DNA of 60,932 nucleotides, counting the filler. It is 8 parts of 8 records of this genome, joined end to end, with 100 filler letters (N's around TTAATTAATTAA, not from the genome) between each part and the next. Parts side by side here need not be neighbours in the genome. Positions count along the whole stretch, not along the records: positions 1 to 5,828 come from SRR31147125_106873; positions 5,929 to 12,905 come from SRR31147125_106919; 6 more parts are not named here. The stretch is one strand, 5' to 3'. The first letter of the stretch is position 1, and every line of letters starts with the position of its first letter. The notes under the pieces were generated by a model. It did no database searches and had not been told where the DNA came from. It saw only the letters and a program-made list of their open reading frames with translations. Shown piece after piece: positions 1 to 10,637 of the stretch. Both the position numbers and the translations under genes were made by a program.

Positions 1-1
1 G

Positions 2-1758
2 GGGAAAAACCCTGAAGGGCGAATCGTTCGCGTAGTCGAGCGGGCTCAGTCTCAGATCGCAGTCAAAATTCTCCGCAAGTTGGGTAAAGGTGCTTTTTTC
101 GGCCAGCCGGTCGACCCGAAAATCCGTTTCAATGTTATTGTCGATCATCCGGGGAAGGAACCTCAACCCCGTCTGGAAGATATTGTCCTGGTCAAGCCGG
201 AGGAAGAACTTGACGGCGGCACATGGTCTTCGCAGCTGGAAAAAATTCTCGGGCGAGAGGAGGATGTTTCGGTCCAGGAAATGCTGGTCAAGGCTGGTTT
301 TGCCATTCCCACCGCCTTTCCCGAAACTGTTGTGCAGGAAAGTGAACAGCTACCGGACGTGCCTCGGTTGGAAGACATGGCGGGCCGTGAAGATTTAAGG
401 GGTCTTCCCCTGGTTACCATCGATGGGGACAATGCCAGAGACTTCGATGACGCGGTTTGTGTCAAAAGGGAAAAATCCGGGTGGCGACTCTGGGTCGCCA
501 TTGCCGACGTTTCCCACTACGTTTCACTCGGTTCGGCACTGGACCACGAAGCGGCGGAACGGGGTAACTCTTATTATTTTCCCCGCTCGGTAGAGCCGAT
601 GTTTCCGGAAAAGCTCTCTAATGGACTCTGCAGCCTGGTTCCTGCTCAGCCGCGGCTTGCCATGGTGGCTGAGATGCTCTTTTCCTTTCGGGGCATTCCC
701 GTGGAAGAGCGCTTTTACCCCGCGGTTATCAGCAGCCAAGAGCGACTGACCTATTCCCAGGTCAAAAAGGCGGTCCTCGACAATGATCCGCAGGAACAGG
801 AGCGCCTCAGGGAACATATTCCGATGCTTCAGCAGGGCGAAACCCTCGCCAGAGAGCTTCTGGCAAGACGGGAAGAACGCGGTGCGCTTGACTTCGATCT
901 CCCCGAGCCGGAAATTCTTATCAATATCCAGGATCATGCCGAGGATGTCCGTCCTCGTCCCCGCCATTTCGGGCATCAGATCATCGAAGAGTTCATGCTT
1001 GCCGCCAACGAGGCGGTGGCCCGCTTTCTGGAAAAGGGCGAAGCGAATTTCCTCTTTCGCAATCATCCAAAACCGGACCCGGAGAAGCTCGATTCTCTGT
1101 TCAAGCTGCTCCGTCACACCTCTCTGGGTTCCTTCCTTCCTGAAAAGAGAGACGCCAAGGGGCTTCAAATGCTTTTTTCCAGAGCCAGGGGGACTGAGAT
1201 GGAATTTCTCGTCAATCGACTGGCTCTCCGTTCTATGATGCAGGCCGGATATTCCCCGGCCAACGAAGGACATTTCGGCCTTGCTTCGGACTGCTACTGT
1301 CACTTTACCTCCCCCATTCGGCGCTATGCCGATCTTGTTGTTCACCGCGCCCTGAAAAAGAGTCTGGGGGAGATCTCCGAGGGACAATGGGTGTCAAACG
1401 GTTGCAGAAAACCGCTGACCACATCAACGTCATGGAGAGAAAAGCAATGGCGGCTGAACGGGAAATTGTAAAACGGTTGACCATTCTCTTTCTGCGGGAC
1501 AAGGTGGGGGAGAGCTACAGCGGGGTCATCTCCTCTATAGCCGATTTCGGTTTCTGGGTGGAACTCAAGGAGGTCATGGCCGAGGGGATGGTTCGACTTT
1601 CGAGCCTGACCGACGACTACTACCTTTACCTTGACAAGAGGCATGAACTTCTCGGTGAGCGCAGCGGACGTTCGTTCAAACTCGGGCAGGAAGTCAGGGT
1701 CAGGCTGGTGGAAGTCAGTCTTTCGCGTTTGGAAGTGAATCTTGAACTGCTGGAGTAA
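2..1758 (+). CDS. rnr: Ribonuclease R (5'-partial; apparent frameshift at the G5 run 1366-1370)
   Basis: RNB motifs TIDGDNARDFDDA and HFTSPIRRYADLVVHR lie in ORF 80..1471. The S1 domain (GVISSIADFGFWVEL...EGMVRLSSL) lies in ORF 1387..1758. One extra G at 1366-1370 joins them (LGGDLRGTMGVKRL). Confidence 0.93.
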
Positions 1759-1898
1759 TATTTTCCTACGAACGAAGCTGATTTTATTCCCAGAATGGAT
1801 ACTGTCAATGTTAGCTGGTTGGGGTTTCGTGACTATCGGACTGAGTAGCGATTTTGCGGGAGGTGGTTCGGGTTGAGTTCCAATATGAATATGACTTA

Positions 1899-4800
1899 TC
1901 AGACAGCTTGTTCAACTTTCCCTTGCAAATCCAAACCCTCCTCCAGGAAGCGGTAAAAAGTACCCGCATCCACCGGTTTGCTGAAAAGATATCCCTGGAG
2001 CAATTCGCAGCCATGCTTTCTTAGAAAATCTAGCTGGGCCTCGGTTTCCACCCCCTCTGCAACTACTTTGAGTCCGAGGGAGTGCGCTAAAGAGATGGTG
2101 GCTGTGGCGATGGCGGCATCTCCGTCGTTTTCCGGAAGATCTTTGATAAATGCCCTGTCTATTTTAAGGGCGTCCAGAGGAAGTTGTTTTAGATATTGGA
2201 GCGAGGAGTAACCGGTGCCGAAATCGTCAATGGCGAAGTTGATGCCTTGTTTTCGCAAAAGGCTCAATGTATGTATGGCCTCCTGGACATTTTCCATGAC
2301 GATCCCCTCGGTGATCTCCAACTCCAGAAGGGAGGGGGGCAATCCGGTTTCCCGAAGGACGGAAACGACCATGTCCACCAGGTTTTTCTGCTGAAACTGC
2401 CGTGGCGAGAGGTTGACCGCCACTCTGAGCGGATAGCCCTTTTCCTGCCAGGCACGGGCTTCCCGGCAGGCGCACTGCAATACCCATTCGCCGATTGAGA
2501 GGATGAGCCCGGTCTCCTCGGCCAGGGGAATGAATTCCACCGGAGATATCAATTCTCCCTCTCTGGCCCATCGCACCAGGGCTTCACATCCAGCAATGGC
2601 GCCGGTTTTGATGTCCACCTTTGGCTGATAGAGGACCTCGAACTCCTCTCGCTCCAGGGCTCGCAGGTTGTTTTCCAGTTCCAGCCGTCGGTTCACCTGA
2701 TCATTCATGGCTTGGGTGTAAAGCTGGTACGTGTTTTTGCCCATCGCTTTGGCCCGGTACATGGCCAGGTCGGAATTTTTAATCAGACTATCGGCGTCAA
2801 GGCCGTCGTTGGGGAAAATACTTATGCCGATGCTGGCGCTTGCAAAGAGTTCTTTTTCCTTGAGGAAAATAGGTTGGGCAAATGCCTCCACGAGCCGTTG
2901 TGCCACCTCAATACCATTCCGCTCATGCTTGATCTCGGGGAGGAGAATAATGAATTCGTCGCCTCCAAGCCTGGCCACCGTATCTTCTTCCCGAAGGCAA
3001 TCCTCGATTATTTTCGCCACATTCTGCAAGAAAGAATCGCCCACGTTGTGCCCCAGGCTGTCATTGATGTTCTTGAAATTGTCCAAGTCAAGAAAGAGTA
3101 TCGCTATATTGGTGTCCCTGCGGCGTGCATGAGACAGGGAAGTCTCCAGCCGGTCGATGAAAAGCTGACGATTGGGCAGGCCGGTCAGGGCATCGTGGTA
3201 GGCCAGGTGTTGTAACTGTTCCTCGCCGCGTTTGAGGTCGGTGAGATCATAAAAGACGGACAGGTAATGGGATACTTCCCCCTTAAAGTCCCTGATTGCC
3301 GTGATGGAAAGGTGTTCGGGATAAGCCTCGCCGCTCTTGCGCCGGTTCCAGATTTCTCCGCTCCAAATCCCCCTCTCTGTGAGGTCCCGCCACATTTTCT
3401 CGTAGAACTCGGGGTCATGGTGTTCCGACTTCAGGATTCTAGGGTTTTGTCCTACAGCCTCTGCGGCGCTGTATCCGGTAATGGTGGTGAAACCGGGATT
3501 GACTTTCAGGATGGTACCATCGGTATCGGTGATGACGATTCCCTCAACCGCGTTTTCGAATACCGAGGCGAGCAGCAGAAGCTGCTCCTCGTGTTTCTTA
3601 CGTTCGCTGATATCGCTGGCGATGGCCCAAATGCTTTCCGGTTCGCCCCGGTCGTTGCGGCTGACAAAGGCCCGCTGTTCAATCGGCAAGATGGTTCCGT
3701 CCTTGCGGAGGTAATCCTTTTCATAAATATCGGAATAGCCTCGCGCCAAAATCTGCTCTTTGAGAATTCGGATTTCGGAAGCACGCCATTTTTTTGAGGT
3801 CAGCTTAAGCAGGGACATCCCTTTCAGTTCGTCTTCCCCGTATCCGAGCATTTGCCTGAAAGCTTCATTGGCCTCCAAGATTTCCCCTGTCGGGGTGATG
3901 CTGACATAGCCGTTGTTTAAACTCTGTTGCAGCTGGTCGATCTTCTTAACCGCACCGCGCAGGTTTTTTTCACTTTCCAGGCGCACCCCCTGAGTGCTGG
4001 ACAGAAGCCAGGAACCGAATGCAAGGACAGCGAGAAGCAAACCAGTGACGGTAACAAGACGGGCACGAAAAGGGGCGATCTGGGCTGACAGTTGTTCACG
4101 GGGCAGAAACGAGACAAGCTTCCAGTAAGATTCACCTACGACCAGTTTGCTTTCCTCGTGGAACGGACCGACTTCGCGCAGGGGGTTGACGGTGGCATAA
4201 GTGAATATACCGGCCGGAACCGTCACCTGGCCGGACTTCGAGGCTGTGATCTTCTCCCATGCTTTGGGATATTGGTTGCCCATGGTCCGAAAGGAACGCT
4301 CAGGAACCATGAAGCCCCACTCCTCCTCGGGGCGCAATCCCTTGAGCCAATATCCCTCATTATTAATCAGCATCAGCCTGCCGTGGGATTCAACGAGTGC
4401 GGTGCGCTCCATCTCCGCCAGAAGTTGCGCGCCCAGATAATTGAGAATCACCACGCCTTGACAGTGTTCTTGATTGTCCCGGACCGGGGCGGAAAACCGG
4501 ATAATCGGTTTGAACGGCTTTTCAAGTTCCCCATGTTCCACGTTCAGGTCAAAGGGCGACACATAGATGTGCCCTCGGGACAAATTCACAGCTTCCCGGA
4601 AGTAGTAACGGCCGCTTTTGTTTTGGAGCTTTTCGGAAGGCACAACGACTGAACTGTCGCCGTGTCCGTTGATTCGGACCCTCTCCATGCCCTGGAAGTC
4701 GAGAAGTCGAATCTGGTCGTATATCTTCCTGTAGGTGGAAAAGGTGGTTAGTTCTTTGGTCAGTGGTGCAAGGGCATCCTGAGTGTTCTTCGTGAGAAAG

Positions 4801-5048
4801 TCTTGGACCTCTTGGAGATTTGCCAGGAAGTTAAGGTCCGAGATGATCAGCGAAAAAATGGTGGAGATATTTTTCTGCTGTTCGCTGAGTAAAGCCGTCT
4901 CCCGCTCCTGAATAACTGTTTCCTCGGTGCGGAAACGGTTCCGTTCGATCACCAGGGAGACCAGCAGGAGCAATAGAGCCAAAGGCACAAAAACCCAAAG
5001 GAATCTTCGTGTAGATGCGTTCATGCTTCTTTTTAAAGTGTTGGGCAC
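1899..5048 (-). CDS. Membrane c-di-GMP cyclase/phosphodiesterase (TM-Cache-TM-PAS-PAS-GGDEF-EAL)
   Basis: Two hydrophobic segments flank a Cache-like region ([15 protein letters not shown]). Two PAS/PAC domains follow, then [19 protein letters not shown] with an RxxD site (REED), [17 protein letters not shown] and VAEGVET. Confidence 0.93.
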   Translation of the reverse strand: MPNTLKRSMNASTRRFLWVFVPLALLLLLVSLVIERNRFRTEETVIQERETALLSEQQKNISTIFSLIISDLNFLANLQEVQDFLTKNTQDALAPLTKELTTFSTYRKIYDQIRLLDFQGMERVRINGHGDSSVVVPSEKLQNKSGRYYFREAVNLSRGHIYVSPFDLNVEHGELEKPFKPIIRFSAPVRDNQEHCQGVVILNYLGAQLLAEMERTALVESHGRLMLINNEGYWLKGLRPEEEWGFMVPERSFRTMGNQYPKAWEKITASKSGQVTVPAGIFTYATVNPLREVGPFHEESKLVVGESYWKLVSFLPREQLSAQIAPFRARLVTVTGLLLAVLAFGSWLLSSTQGVRLESEKNLRGAVKKIDQLQQSLNNGYVSITPTGEILEANEAFRQMLGYGEDELKGMSLLKLTSKKWRASEIRILKEQILARGYSDIYEKDYLRKDGTILPIEQRAFVSRNDRGEPESIWAIASDISERKKHEEQLLLLASVFENAVEGIVITDTDGTILKVNPGFTTITGYSAAEAVGQNPRILKSEHHDPEFYEKMWRDLTERGIWSGEIWNRRKSGEAYPEHLSITAIRDFKGEVSHYLSVFYDLTDLKRGEEQLQHLAYHDALTGLPNRQLFIDRLETSLSHARRRDTNIAILFLDLDNFKNINDSLGHNVGDSFLQNVAKIIEDCLREEDTVARLGGDEFIILLPEIKHERNGIEVAQRLVEAFAQPIFLKEKELFASASIGISIFPNDGLDADSLIKNSDLAMYRAKAMGKNTYQLYTQAMNDQVNRRLELENNLRALEREEFEVLYQPKVDIKTGAIAGCEALVRWAREGELISPVEFIPLAEETGLILSIGEWVLQCACREARAWQEKGYPLRVAVNLSPRQFQQKNLVDMVVSVLRETGLPPSLLELEITEGIVMENVQEAIHTLSLLRKQGINFAIDDFGTGYSSLQYLKQLPLDALKIDRAFIKDLPENDGDAAIATATISLAHSLGLKVVAEGVETEAQLDFLRKHGCELLQGYLFSKPVDAGTFYRFLEEGLDLQGKVEQAV

Positions 5049-5121
5049 AATTCACCCATGCGGAACTGGTGAGTTATATGCAAAATAATTGGCCATTAGG
5101 TGACGGTTAGCTTTAGCAATT

Positions 5122-5137
5122 TGCATGAAATAGGCCA
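5122..5137 (-). promoter_or_regulatory. Putative sigma54 promoter of the GGDEF-EAL gene
   Basis: The minus strand reads TGGCCTATTTCATGCA, with GG and GC at the canonical -24/-12 spacing, about 75 nt upstream of the start. Confidence 0.4.
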
Positions 5138-5406
5138 CGTGAAGGGATGATCCGCCGGAAGCGCCATCCCTGGGGAATTATCCGTTTATTGCGGTTAATT
5201 GAGCCGGGAGACCATATACAGGCTAATCGGAAAAACAAGCTGTTGACAGTTCAGCAATCGAGCGCGACAATTGTTCCTGAGAGATGGAAACCACTGTGGG
5301 CTCCTTTTTGAGTTATTAAAATCCAAAAAGTTTCCGTTGATGCCCTTTTTTTTCAAGAGCAGGAAACGTCTTATCCAAGTTGTTATTTCAAAGAAAGGAT
5401 AGGTAA

Positions 5407-5811
5407 GTGAATTTACCCAAAATCGGCGACACCGTGACAACTGAATATGCCAAGGAACTCTGTTCACATTTTGGTTTCGACTATCTGGTTGAGCGTTTGG
5501 AAACCCATCCTGAAGATTATAAAGATTGGGTTTTTGACGGGGCTTCCATGATTCCCGACAGTCTTTTTTCAAAGCTGTTTAAAATCCCCAATCTAACGGA
5601 AATTGCCCTGAGGCACGATCTGAAATATGCCTATGGGGAGTCGGGCAATAAAAAAGAAAAACTTCGTGCCGATCTGGAGTTCGAACTTGAGATCCTCAAT
5701 GACGGTGCTTCCGCCGAAATGGCGAAGCTCATGTTTACAGCGGTCGATGTCGGGGGCAAGGAAATTCTGAATACCCCTTTTTCCTGGGGGTTTGCCAGGG
5801 TTGAAAAGTAA
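5407..5811 (+). CDS. Small protein with prokaryotic phospholipase A2-like motifs
   Basis: An AGGATAGG RBS-like sequence precedes the GTG start. The pattern DGAS..PD / HDLKYAYG / RADLEF / MFTAVDVGG / FSWGF resembles the DGCS...HD..Y..G...AD family. Confidence 0.55.
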   Translation: MNLPKIGDTVTTEYAKELCSHFGFDYLVERLETHPEDYKDWVFDGASMIPDSLFSKLFKIPNLTEIALRHDLKYAYGESGNKKEKLRADLEFELEILNDGASAEMAKLMFTAVDVGGKEILNTPFSWGFARVEK

Positions 5812-5828
5812 AGGGAGGGTTTCAAACC

Positions 5829-5928
5829 NNNNNNNNNNNNNNNNNNNNNNNNNNNNNNNNNNNNNNNNNNNNTTAATTAATTAANNNNNNNNNNNNNNNN
5901 NNNNNNNNNNNNNNNNNNNNNNNNNNNN
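5829..5928. other. Artificial contig-joining spacer
   Basis: N-run, TTAATTAATTAA (stops in all six frames), N-run; exactly 100 nt. Confidence 0.99.
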
Positions 5929-7185
5929 GGGGAAACAATTTCAGAAGCAGTAGACCAGGTCATCCAAACCAATCCGCAGGTTCGGTCGCAGATCCACAGC
6001 CGCCTTGCCCGGGACCAGGAAGTTGTCCAGGCCAAGGCCGGGTACTATCCCACCATTGACGGCTACGCCGCCGGTGGCTGGGCCGAGCACCAGGAACCTG
6101 AAGAAGAATCATTAAATCCATACGAGGCCGGATTTGAGCTGAGGCAGAACGTATTCAACGGTTTTGCGACAATGGGCGAGGTCGCCAGGCAGGAAGCCCG
6201 TGTCGACTCTGCCGCCTATTTGCTCAGAGGAACGGCCGAAGATCTCGCGCTCGAGGCGGCGCGGGTCTATATCAGCGTTCTGAGCAAGCAGGAACTGAAA
6301 ATGATCGCCGAAGAGAACCTCGAAATTCACCTGAGAATCGCCGATCAGATTAAGCTTCGCGGCGACTCCGGCGTCGGCAGCCAGGCGGACACCGAGCAGA
6401 TTCAGGGACGACTGGCGCTCGCCCAGTCCAATGTCGTCATCGCGGAGACCAACCTGCGCGACGCGCAGACCGAATACCTCGCGGTCGTCGGTCAGTTGCC
6501 TGGCGATCTGATTCCACCGGTGCCGCCCGATGACCTGATGCCGCCTTCACTCGAAGAAGCGACGCTGTCGGCAATATCGATGAACCCGATCCTGAAGTCG
6601 GCCGGTTCGGACCTGATGGCACGGGAGGAACAGCACGAGGTCTCGAAGGCCGCCTACTATCCAGTCCTCGATATCGAACTGGACCAGCGTTGGGACGACG
6701 ATATCAGCCGTACCGAGGGTAAACGTGATTACTGGATGGCGCTCGGCCGCGTACGCTACAACTTCTTCAACGGTTTCGCCGATCAGGCCCGTAAAGCGGA
6801 AACGCTCGAGTTGGTCAGCGAAGCGCGCGAAATCAAGAACAACACCGAACGACAGGTCGTCGAGTCCATGCGGCTGTCATGGATGGCCTACATGTCCGTC
6901 CTCGACCGGATCGAATACCTGGAGAACTATATAGCGGCAAGTACTGCAACCGCGCAGGCCTACGCCAAGCAGTTCGACATCGGCAAGCGTTCCCTGCTCG
7001 ATGTACTGGACGCAGAGGCCGAGGCGATCTCCGCCCGCGCCGACCTGATCGAAGCGGTCAACAACGGGCTCTATTCACAGTACCGTATTCTCAATGCCAC
7101 CGGCAGCCTGGTTCAGGCCTTTGGTCTGCAGTGGCCTGAAGAGGCAGCGGTAGAAGATGAGGAGAGCCTCGCGGACAACGGCTGA
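5929..7185 (+). CDS. lapE: TolC-family outer membrane channel, LapE/AggA-like (5'-partial)
   Basis: The frame is open from the contig edge (GETISEAVDQVIQTNP...AKAGYYPTID). It has two OEP repeats and QFDIGKRSLLDVLDAE, and lies next to lapG/lapD. Confidence 0.88.
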   Translation, partial: GETISEAVDQVIQTNPQVRSQIHSRLARDQEVVQAKAGYYPTIDGYAAGGWAEHQEPEEESLNPYEAGFELRQNVFNGFATMGEVARQEARVDSAAYLLRGTAEDLALEAARVYISVLSKQELKMIAEENLEIHLRIADQIKLRGDSGVGSQADTEQIQGRLALAQSNVVIAETNLRDAQTEYLAVVGQLPGDLIPPVPPDDLMPPSLEEATLSAISMNPILKSAGSDLMAREEQHEVSKAAYYPVLDIELDQRWDDDISRTEGKRDYWMALGRVRYNFFNGFADQARKAETLELVSEAREIKNNTERQVVESMRLSWMAYMSVLDRIEYLENYIAASTATAQAYAKQFDIGKRSLLDVLDAEAEAISARADLIEAVNNGLYSQYRILNATGSLVQAFGLQWPEEAAVEDEESLADNG

Positions 7186-7243
7186 TCATTCGTTGATCAG
7201 AAACGAAACGTATCGCTTTTCGAATCTTCCACGCTACTGACAG

Positions 7244-7280
7244 AAAAATAACCGCACCTTCCCGGTGCGGTTATTTTTTT
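7244..7280 (+). terminator. Rho-independent terminator, possibly bidirectional
   Basis: AAAAATAACCGCACC-TTCCC-GGTGCGGTTATTTTTTT forms a perfect stem with a T tract. Confidence 0.85.
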
Positions 7281-7331
7281 ATCTGATCTATTTCCCTGCT
7301 TCCCAAACCTTTTCTTGAATCAACTCGGATT

Positions 7332-8150
7332 ATGTTGTTCAATCAAATGAACAACAGGCATGATTTCAGTATGTTGCCAACCCGGCGCACAACCTCTGAA
7401 ACAGGAAGGTACGTTACCGCCATTTCATTTTCCACGTGTCGTGACAGGGTGAAACAGTTCAAACAGCACAGAGCGGCTCCGGTAACTGCAGTACGGCCGG
7501 CCTGGTTCCTGCCAGGAGCCGCGGTCTGCATAACGGTCTGCTTCATCCTGCTCGCCCAGGCACAGGACACATTCAGGCTCGACCCCACCCTCCTCGACAG
7601 GGTTGAAAAAGAACACGATCACTACGCCAGAAAGCGCCTCCTGGCGTGGCAGGAACTGATCAACAGCGCGCAGAACCTTGAAGAGTACCAGAAGCTGGTA
7701 GCGGTGAACGATTTTTTCAACCGCATTCAGTTCGTGTCCGATGAGCTGATGTGGAAGAAGGAGGATTACTGGGCAACACCGGTTGAGTTCCTCGTACGAG
7801 ATGGTGGAGACTGCGAGGATTTCTCAATCGCCAAATATTTCACCCTGAAAAAGATGGGGGTGGAAGAGAGCAGACTCAACATGACCTACGTCAAGGCTCT
7901 GGAGTTGAACCAGGCCCACATGGTCGTGACCTATTACGAACAACCGGAGAGTGAACCGCTGGTATTGGACAATCTCCAACCGGGAATACTCAGCGCGTCA
8001 AAGCGAACCGACCTGATGCCGGTATTCAGTTTCAACGGTAGCGGCCTGTGGCTTGCCAAGGAACGAAGCCGCGGTCGCAGAGTCGGCAACAGTGACCGCT
8101 ACAAACAATGGATGGATCTGCTGCAGCGGATGCCGGAAGGACTCAACTGA
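7332..8150 (+). CDS. lapG: LapG-like periplasmic transglutaminase-like cysteine protease (true start probably downstream of 7332)
   Basis: DYWATPVEFL, GDCEDFSIAKYFTL, QAHMVV and LVLDNL give a Cys-His-Asp triad and Ca-site motif; the gene lies immediately upstream of lapD. Confidence 0.92.
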   Translation: MLFNQMNNRHDFSMLPTRRTTSETGRYVTAISFSTCRDRVKQFKQHRAAPVTAVRPAWFLPGAAVCITVCFILLAQAQDTFRLDPTLLDRVEKEHDHYARKRLLAWQELINSAQNLEEYQKLVAVNDFFNRIQFVSDELMWKKEDYWATPVEFLVRDGGDCEDFSIAKYFTLKKMGVEESRLNMTYVKALELNQAHMVVTYYEQPESEPLVLDNLQPGILSASKRTDLMPVFSFNGSGLWLAKERSRGRRVGNSDRYKQWMDLLQRMPEGLN

Positions 8151-8159
8151 GGAGCAGTT

Positions 8160-10124
8160 ATGACACTTCACAGACAGTTGCTCATTTTCACCCTGGTTCT
8201 TTGTTTCTTTTTGTTCATCGGCGTCTGGGCCTACAAGCTGCAATCCACCCGGACCTTTCTCGAATACCAGCTCCAGGCGCATTCCCAGGACACTGCAACT
8301 TCGCTCGCCCTGTCCCTGTCCCCACTTGTCGCAGACGATGACCTGGCCGGCGTGGAAACAATGATGAACGCAATCTTCGATCGTGGCTATTACAAGGTCA
8401 TCACCTTCTCGAACGTCCAAGGAGAGGTTGTCTCCAACCGGGTGGCACCCCTGACCATCGAACAGGTACCCGACTGGTTCATCACGCTGCTGCCGCTCAC
8501 CGCTCCCGGCGGTGAATCCCTGATCATGGCAGGCTGGAAGCGCGCCGGGACAGTCTACGTCGAGAGTCATCCGGGGTACGCGTACCTGACCCTGTGGAAC
8601 ACCTTCACCCGGGTTCTCATTTATTTTCTCCTCACCGGGCTGATCGTCTTCATCCTCGGCGGAATTGCACTCAGGGTTATCCTCAAACCGCTGAGAAAGG
8701 TCGAACAGCAGGCGGAGGCGATCTGCCGGAAAGAATACGAGATTCAGCAGCAGATCCCAAGAACCCGCGAACTGAAAAGCGTCGTCACATCGATGAACAG
8801 GATGACCAGCTGGGTAAAGGAGAGGTTTGAGGAGCAGACGCTGATCGCCGAAAAGCTCCGAGCCAGCGCCTTCGGTGACCAGCTCACCGGCCTGAGCAAC
8901 CGCAGATTCCTGGAAAACCAGGTGGAAGCCGTCATGGGCGGCAGCCCCGAGATCGCCAAAGGACTGTTTTTGATCATTCACATCCGGCACCTGAACGAGA
9001 TAAACAAATCCAAGGGATACAGCGCCGGCGACCAGCTCCTCAAGCGCTGCTCCGAAATACTCAGCGAGAACCTGACCCCCTACCCGGGCCATACGATCTC
9101 ACGACTCGGCGGTGGTGATTTCGGTGTGTTCCTGCCCGATGCCGACAAGCAGGAAAGTGAACAGATCTCCTCTCTGCTCTCAGAGAAGCTGGCCGGCCTC
9201 TCCGTCGAGGAACTTGGCGTATCGAACGACATCAGTTCCATCGGCGGCGTCTACTATAACACCCCATGCAGTTTCACCCACCTGCTGGCCAAGACGGATA
9301 ACGCGTTGATCGGCTCCAAACACGAGGGGCCCAACAGCTGGAAGCTCGAACCGGCATACTGTGAAGCGGACGACCCGACCCAGGGCCGGGTATGGTGGAA
9401 AAAGACGCTCGAACAGTCGCTGGCCGACCGCGCCATCAATCTGTACGGCCAGCACGCCGTCACAACCGGCGACACGGAAGACGAGCTCCACCTGGAGATA
9501 TTCTCGCGGATAACCATCGATATCGACAATGAGGTAGCCGCCGGCGTGTTCATCCCGCTTGCCGAGCAGGCCGAGGTCATCGCCGAACTGGACCGCAAGG
9601 TTCTGGAGCTCGTATTCAACTCCTGCGGACTGTGGCACAATCTGCCGCTGGCCGTCAACCTCTCCGTCACATCACTGCAGGATCCGGGGTTCACGGACTG
9701 GCTCATCACAAGGCTCACTGCCGATGCCGGACAGATTCCGAAACTCAACTTCGAATTCTCGGAGTTCAACGTGATCAGGCAGATCGATCATGTACGGGAA
9801 TTCGGCGAGCGGATCAAAGCGTTAGGCCATGCCATCGGTATCGATCATTTCGGAAAGAGCTTCGGGAATTTCGGGTATCTGCAATCGTTGCAGCCCAGCT
9901 ATGTGAAGATTGATGCGACGTTTACCCGGGAGCTGGAGTCCGACAAGAGTGACGGCTATTTCTTCATCGGTGCACTGAACAGCGTCGCCCACAGTCTCGA
10001 CATCAAGGTGATTGCGGAGGGAGTCGAGACACCGCAGCAGCTGGCCCTGTTCAGGGAGTTGAAAGTCGACGGCTACCAGGGATACCTGGTCGAAGAACCC
10101 CGGCTGTTAACATCCCAGGTCTGA
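8160..10124 (+). CDS. lapD: LapD-like inside-out c-di-GMP receptor (TM-periplasmic-HAMP-degenerate GGDEF-degenerate EAL)
   Basis: MTLHRQL start, AHSQDTATSLALSL, AIFDRGYY, VPDWF and the GW loop (MAGWKRAG). The enzymatic domains are degenerate (RLGGGDF; EIFSR/DHFG). Confidence 0.92.
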   Translation: MTLHRQLLIFTLVLCFFLFIGVWAYKLQSTRTFLEYQLQAHSQDTATSLALSLSPLVADDDLAGVETMMNAIFDRGYYKVITFSNVQGEVVSNRVAPLTIEQVPDWFITLLPLTAPGGESLIMAGWKRAGTVYVESHPGYAYLTLWNTFTRVLIYFLLTGLIVFILGGIALRVILKPLRKVEQQAEAICRKEYEIQQQIPRTRELKSVVTSMNRMTSWVKERFEEQTLIAEKLRASAFGDQLTGLSNRRFLENQVEAVMGGSPEIAKGLFLIIHIRHLNEINKSKGYSAGDQLLKRCSEILSENLTPYPGHTISRLGGGDFGVFLPDADKQESEQISSLLSEKLAGLSVEELGVSNDISSIGGVYYNTPCSFTHLLAKTDNALIGSKHEGPNSWKLEPAYCEADDPTQGRVWWKKTLEQSLADRAINLYGQHAVTTGDTEDELHLEIFSRITIDIDNEVAAGVFIPLAEQAEVIAELDRKVLELVFNSCGLWHNLPLAVNLSVTSLQDPGFTDWLITRLTADAGQIPKLNFEFSEFNVIRQIDHVREFGERIKALGHAIGIDHFGKSFGNFGYLQSLQPSYVKIDATFTRELESDKSDGYFFIGALNSVAHSLDIKVIAEGVETPQQLALFRELKVDGYQGYLVEEPRLLTSQV

Positions 10125-10134
10125 TGTCGCTCAG

Positions 10135-10470
10135 TCAGAGGATATCATCCACCGTGATGTCGACACCACTCTCATGCATGCGCCTGCGCACGCTCTGCCT
10201 AGTGCCTAGTTTTTCGCGCGCCTCCGGAGGCAGGTCGGTAAGCATGATGACATTGTTGCGCACCAGCACCTCTATCAGGTCGTCGAGCACCCGGATCATC
10301 TTCTTGTCGGCCTCCCGGAGCATGATCTCGTAGGAATTCTGGCCGAGTTCACTGGTCAGAAACTCCTCCAGTTCACGCTCGCTGAGCGGCTCTGAATCGA
10401 CGTTTTCTCCGCCGGAAGACACCCTGATGGCGATGATGGCCCCGTCCTTATCCCGTTCGGCGTAAAACAT
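10135..10470 (-). CDS. Small conserved protein of the type found in lap/T1SS loci
   Basis: Pattern MFYAERD..G.I...D..MIRVLDDLIEVLV..NVI..TDLP.EAREKL..R...R, with a GAGG RBS upstream. Confidence 0.7.
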   Translation of the reverse strand: MFYAERDKDGAIIAIRVSSGGENVDSEPLSERELEEFLTSELGQNSYEIMLREADKKMIRVLDDLIEVLVRNNVIMLTDLPPEAREKLGTRQSVRRRMHESGVDITVDDIL

Positions 10471-10637
10471 ACGTTACCTCGCTCTCCTCGTAATGGGTAA
10501 TTATTTAGAATTATAACCATATAATTACGAAATCTCCTATTTTTTATTTCTCATTTGCCAAGTGAGAAGGTATGATAGGAATTGTGACCGTAGATGTACC
10601 CGTATCATAACGAGAAGATTATGAATCCCTCAGTTTC

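Noticed and set aside
5079-5095. Second sigma54-like site TGGCCAATTATTTTGCA on the minus strand
   Set aside because: The GG-to-GC spacing is one base too long for sigma54.
5050-5400. c-di-GMP riboswitch upstream of the GGDEF-EAL gene
   Set aside because: There is a GGGATG...CATCCC hairpin, but I found no GEMM-I signature (GGCAAAC...GAAA...GACGCAAAG) on either strand.
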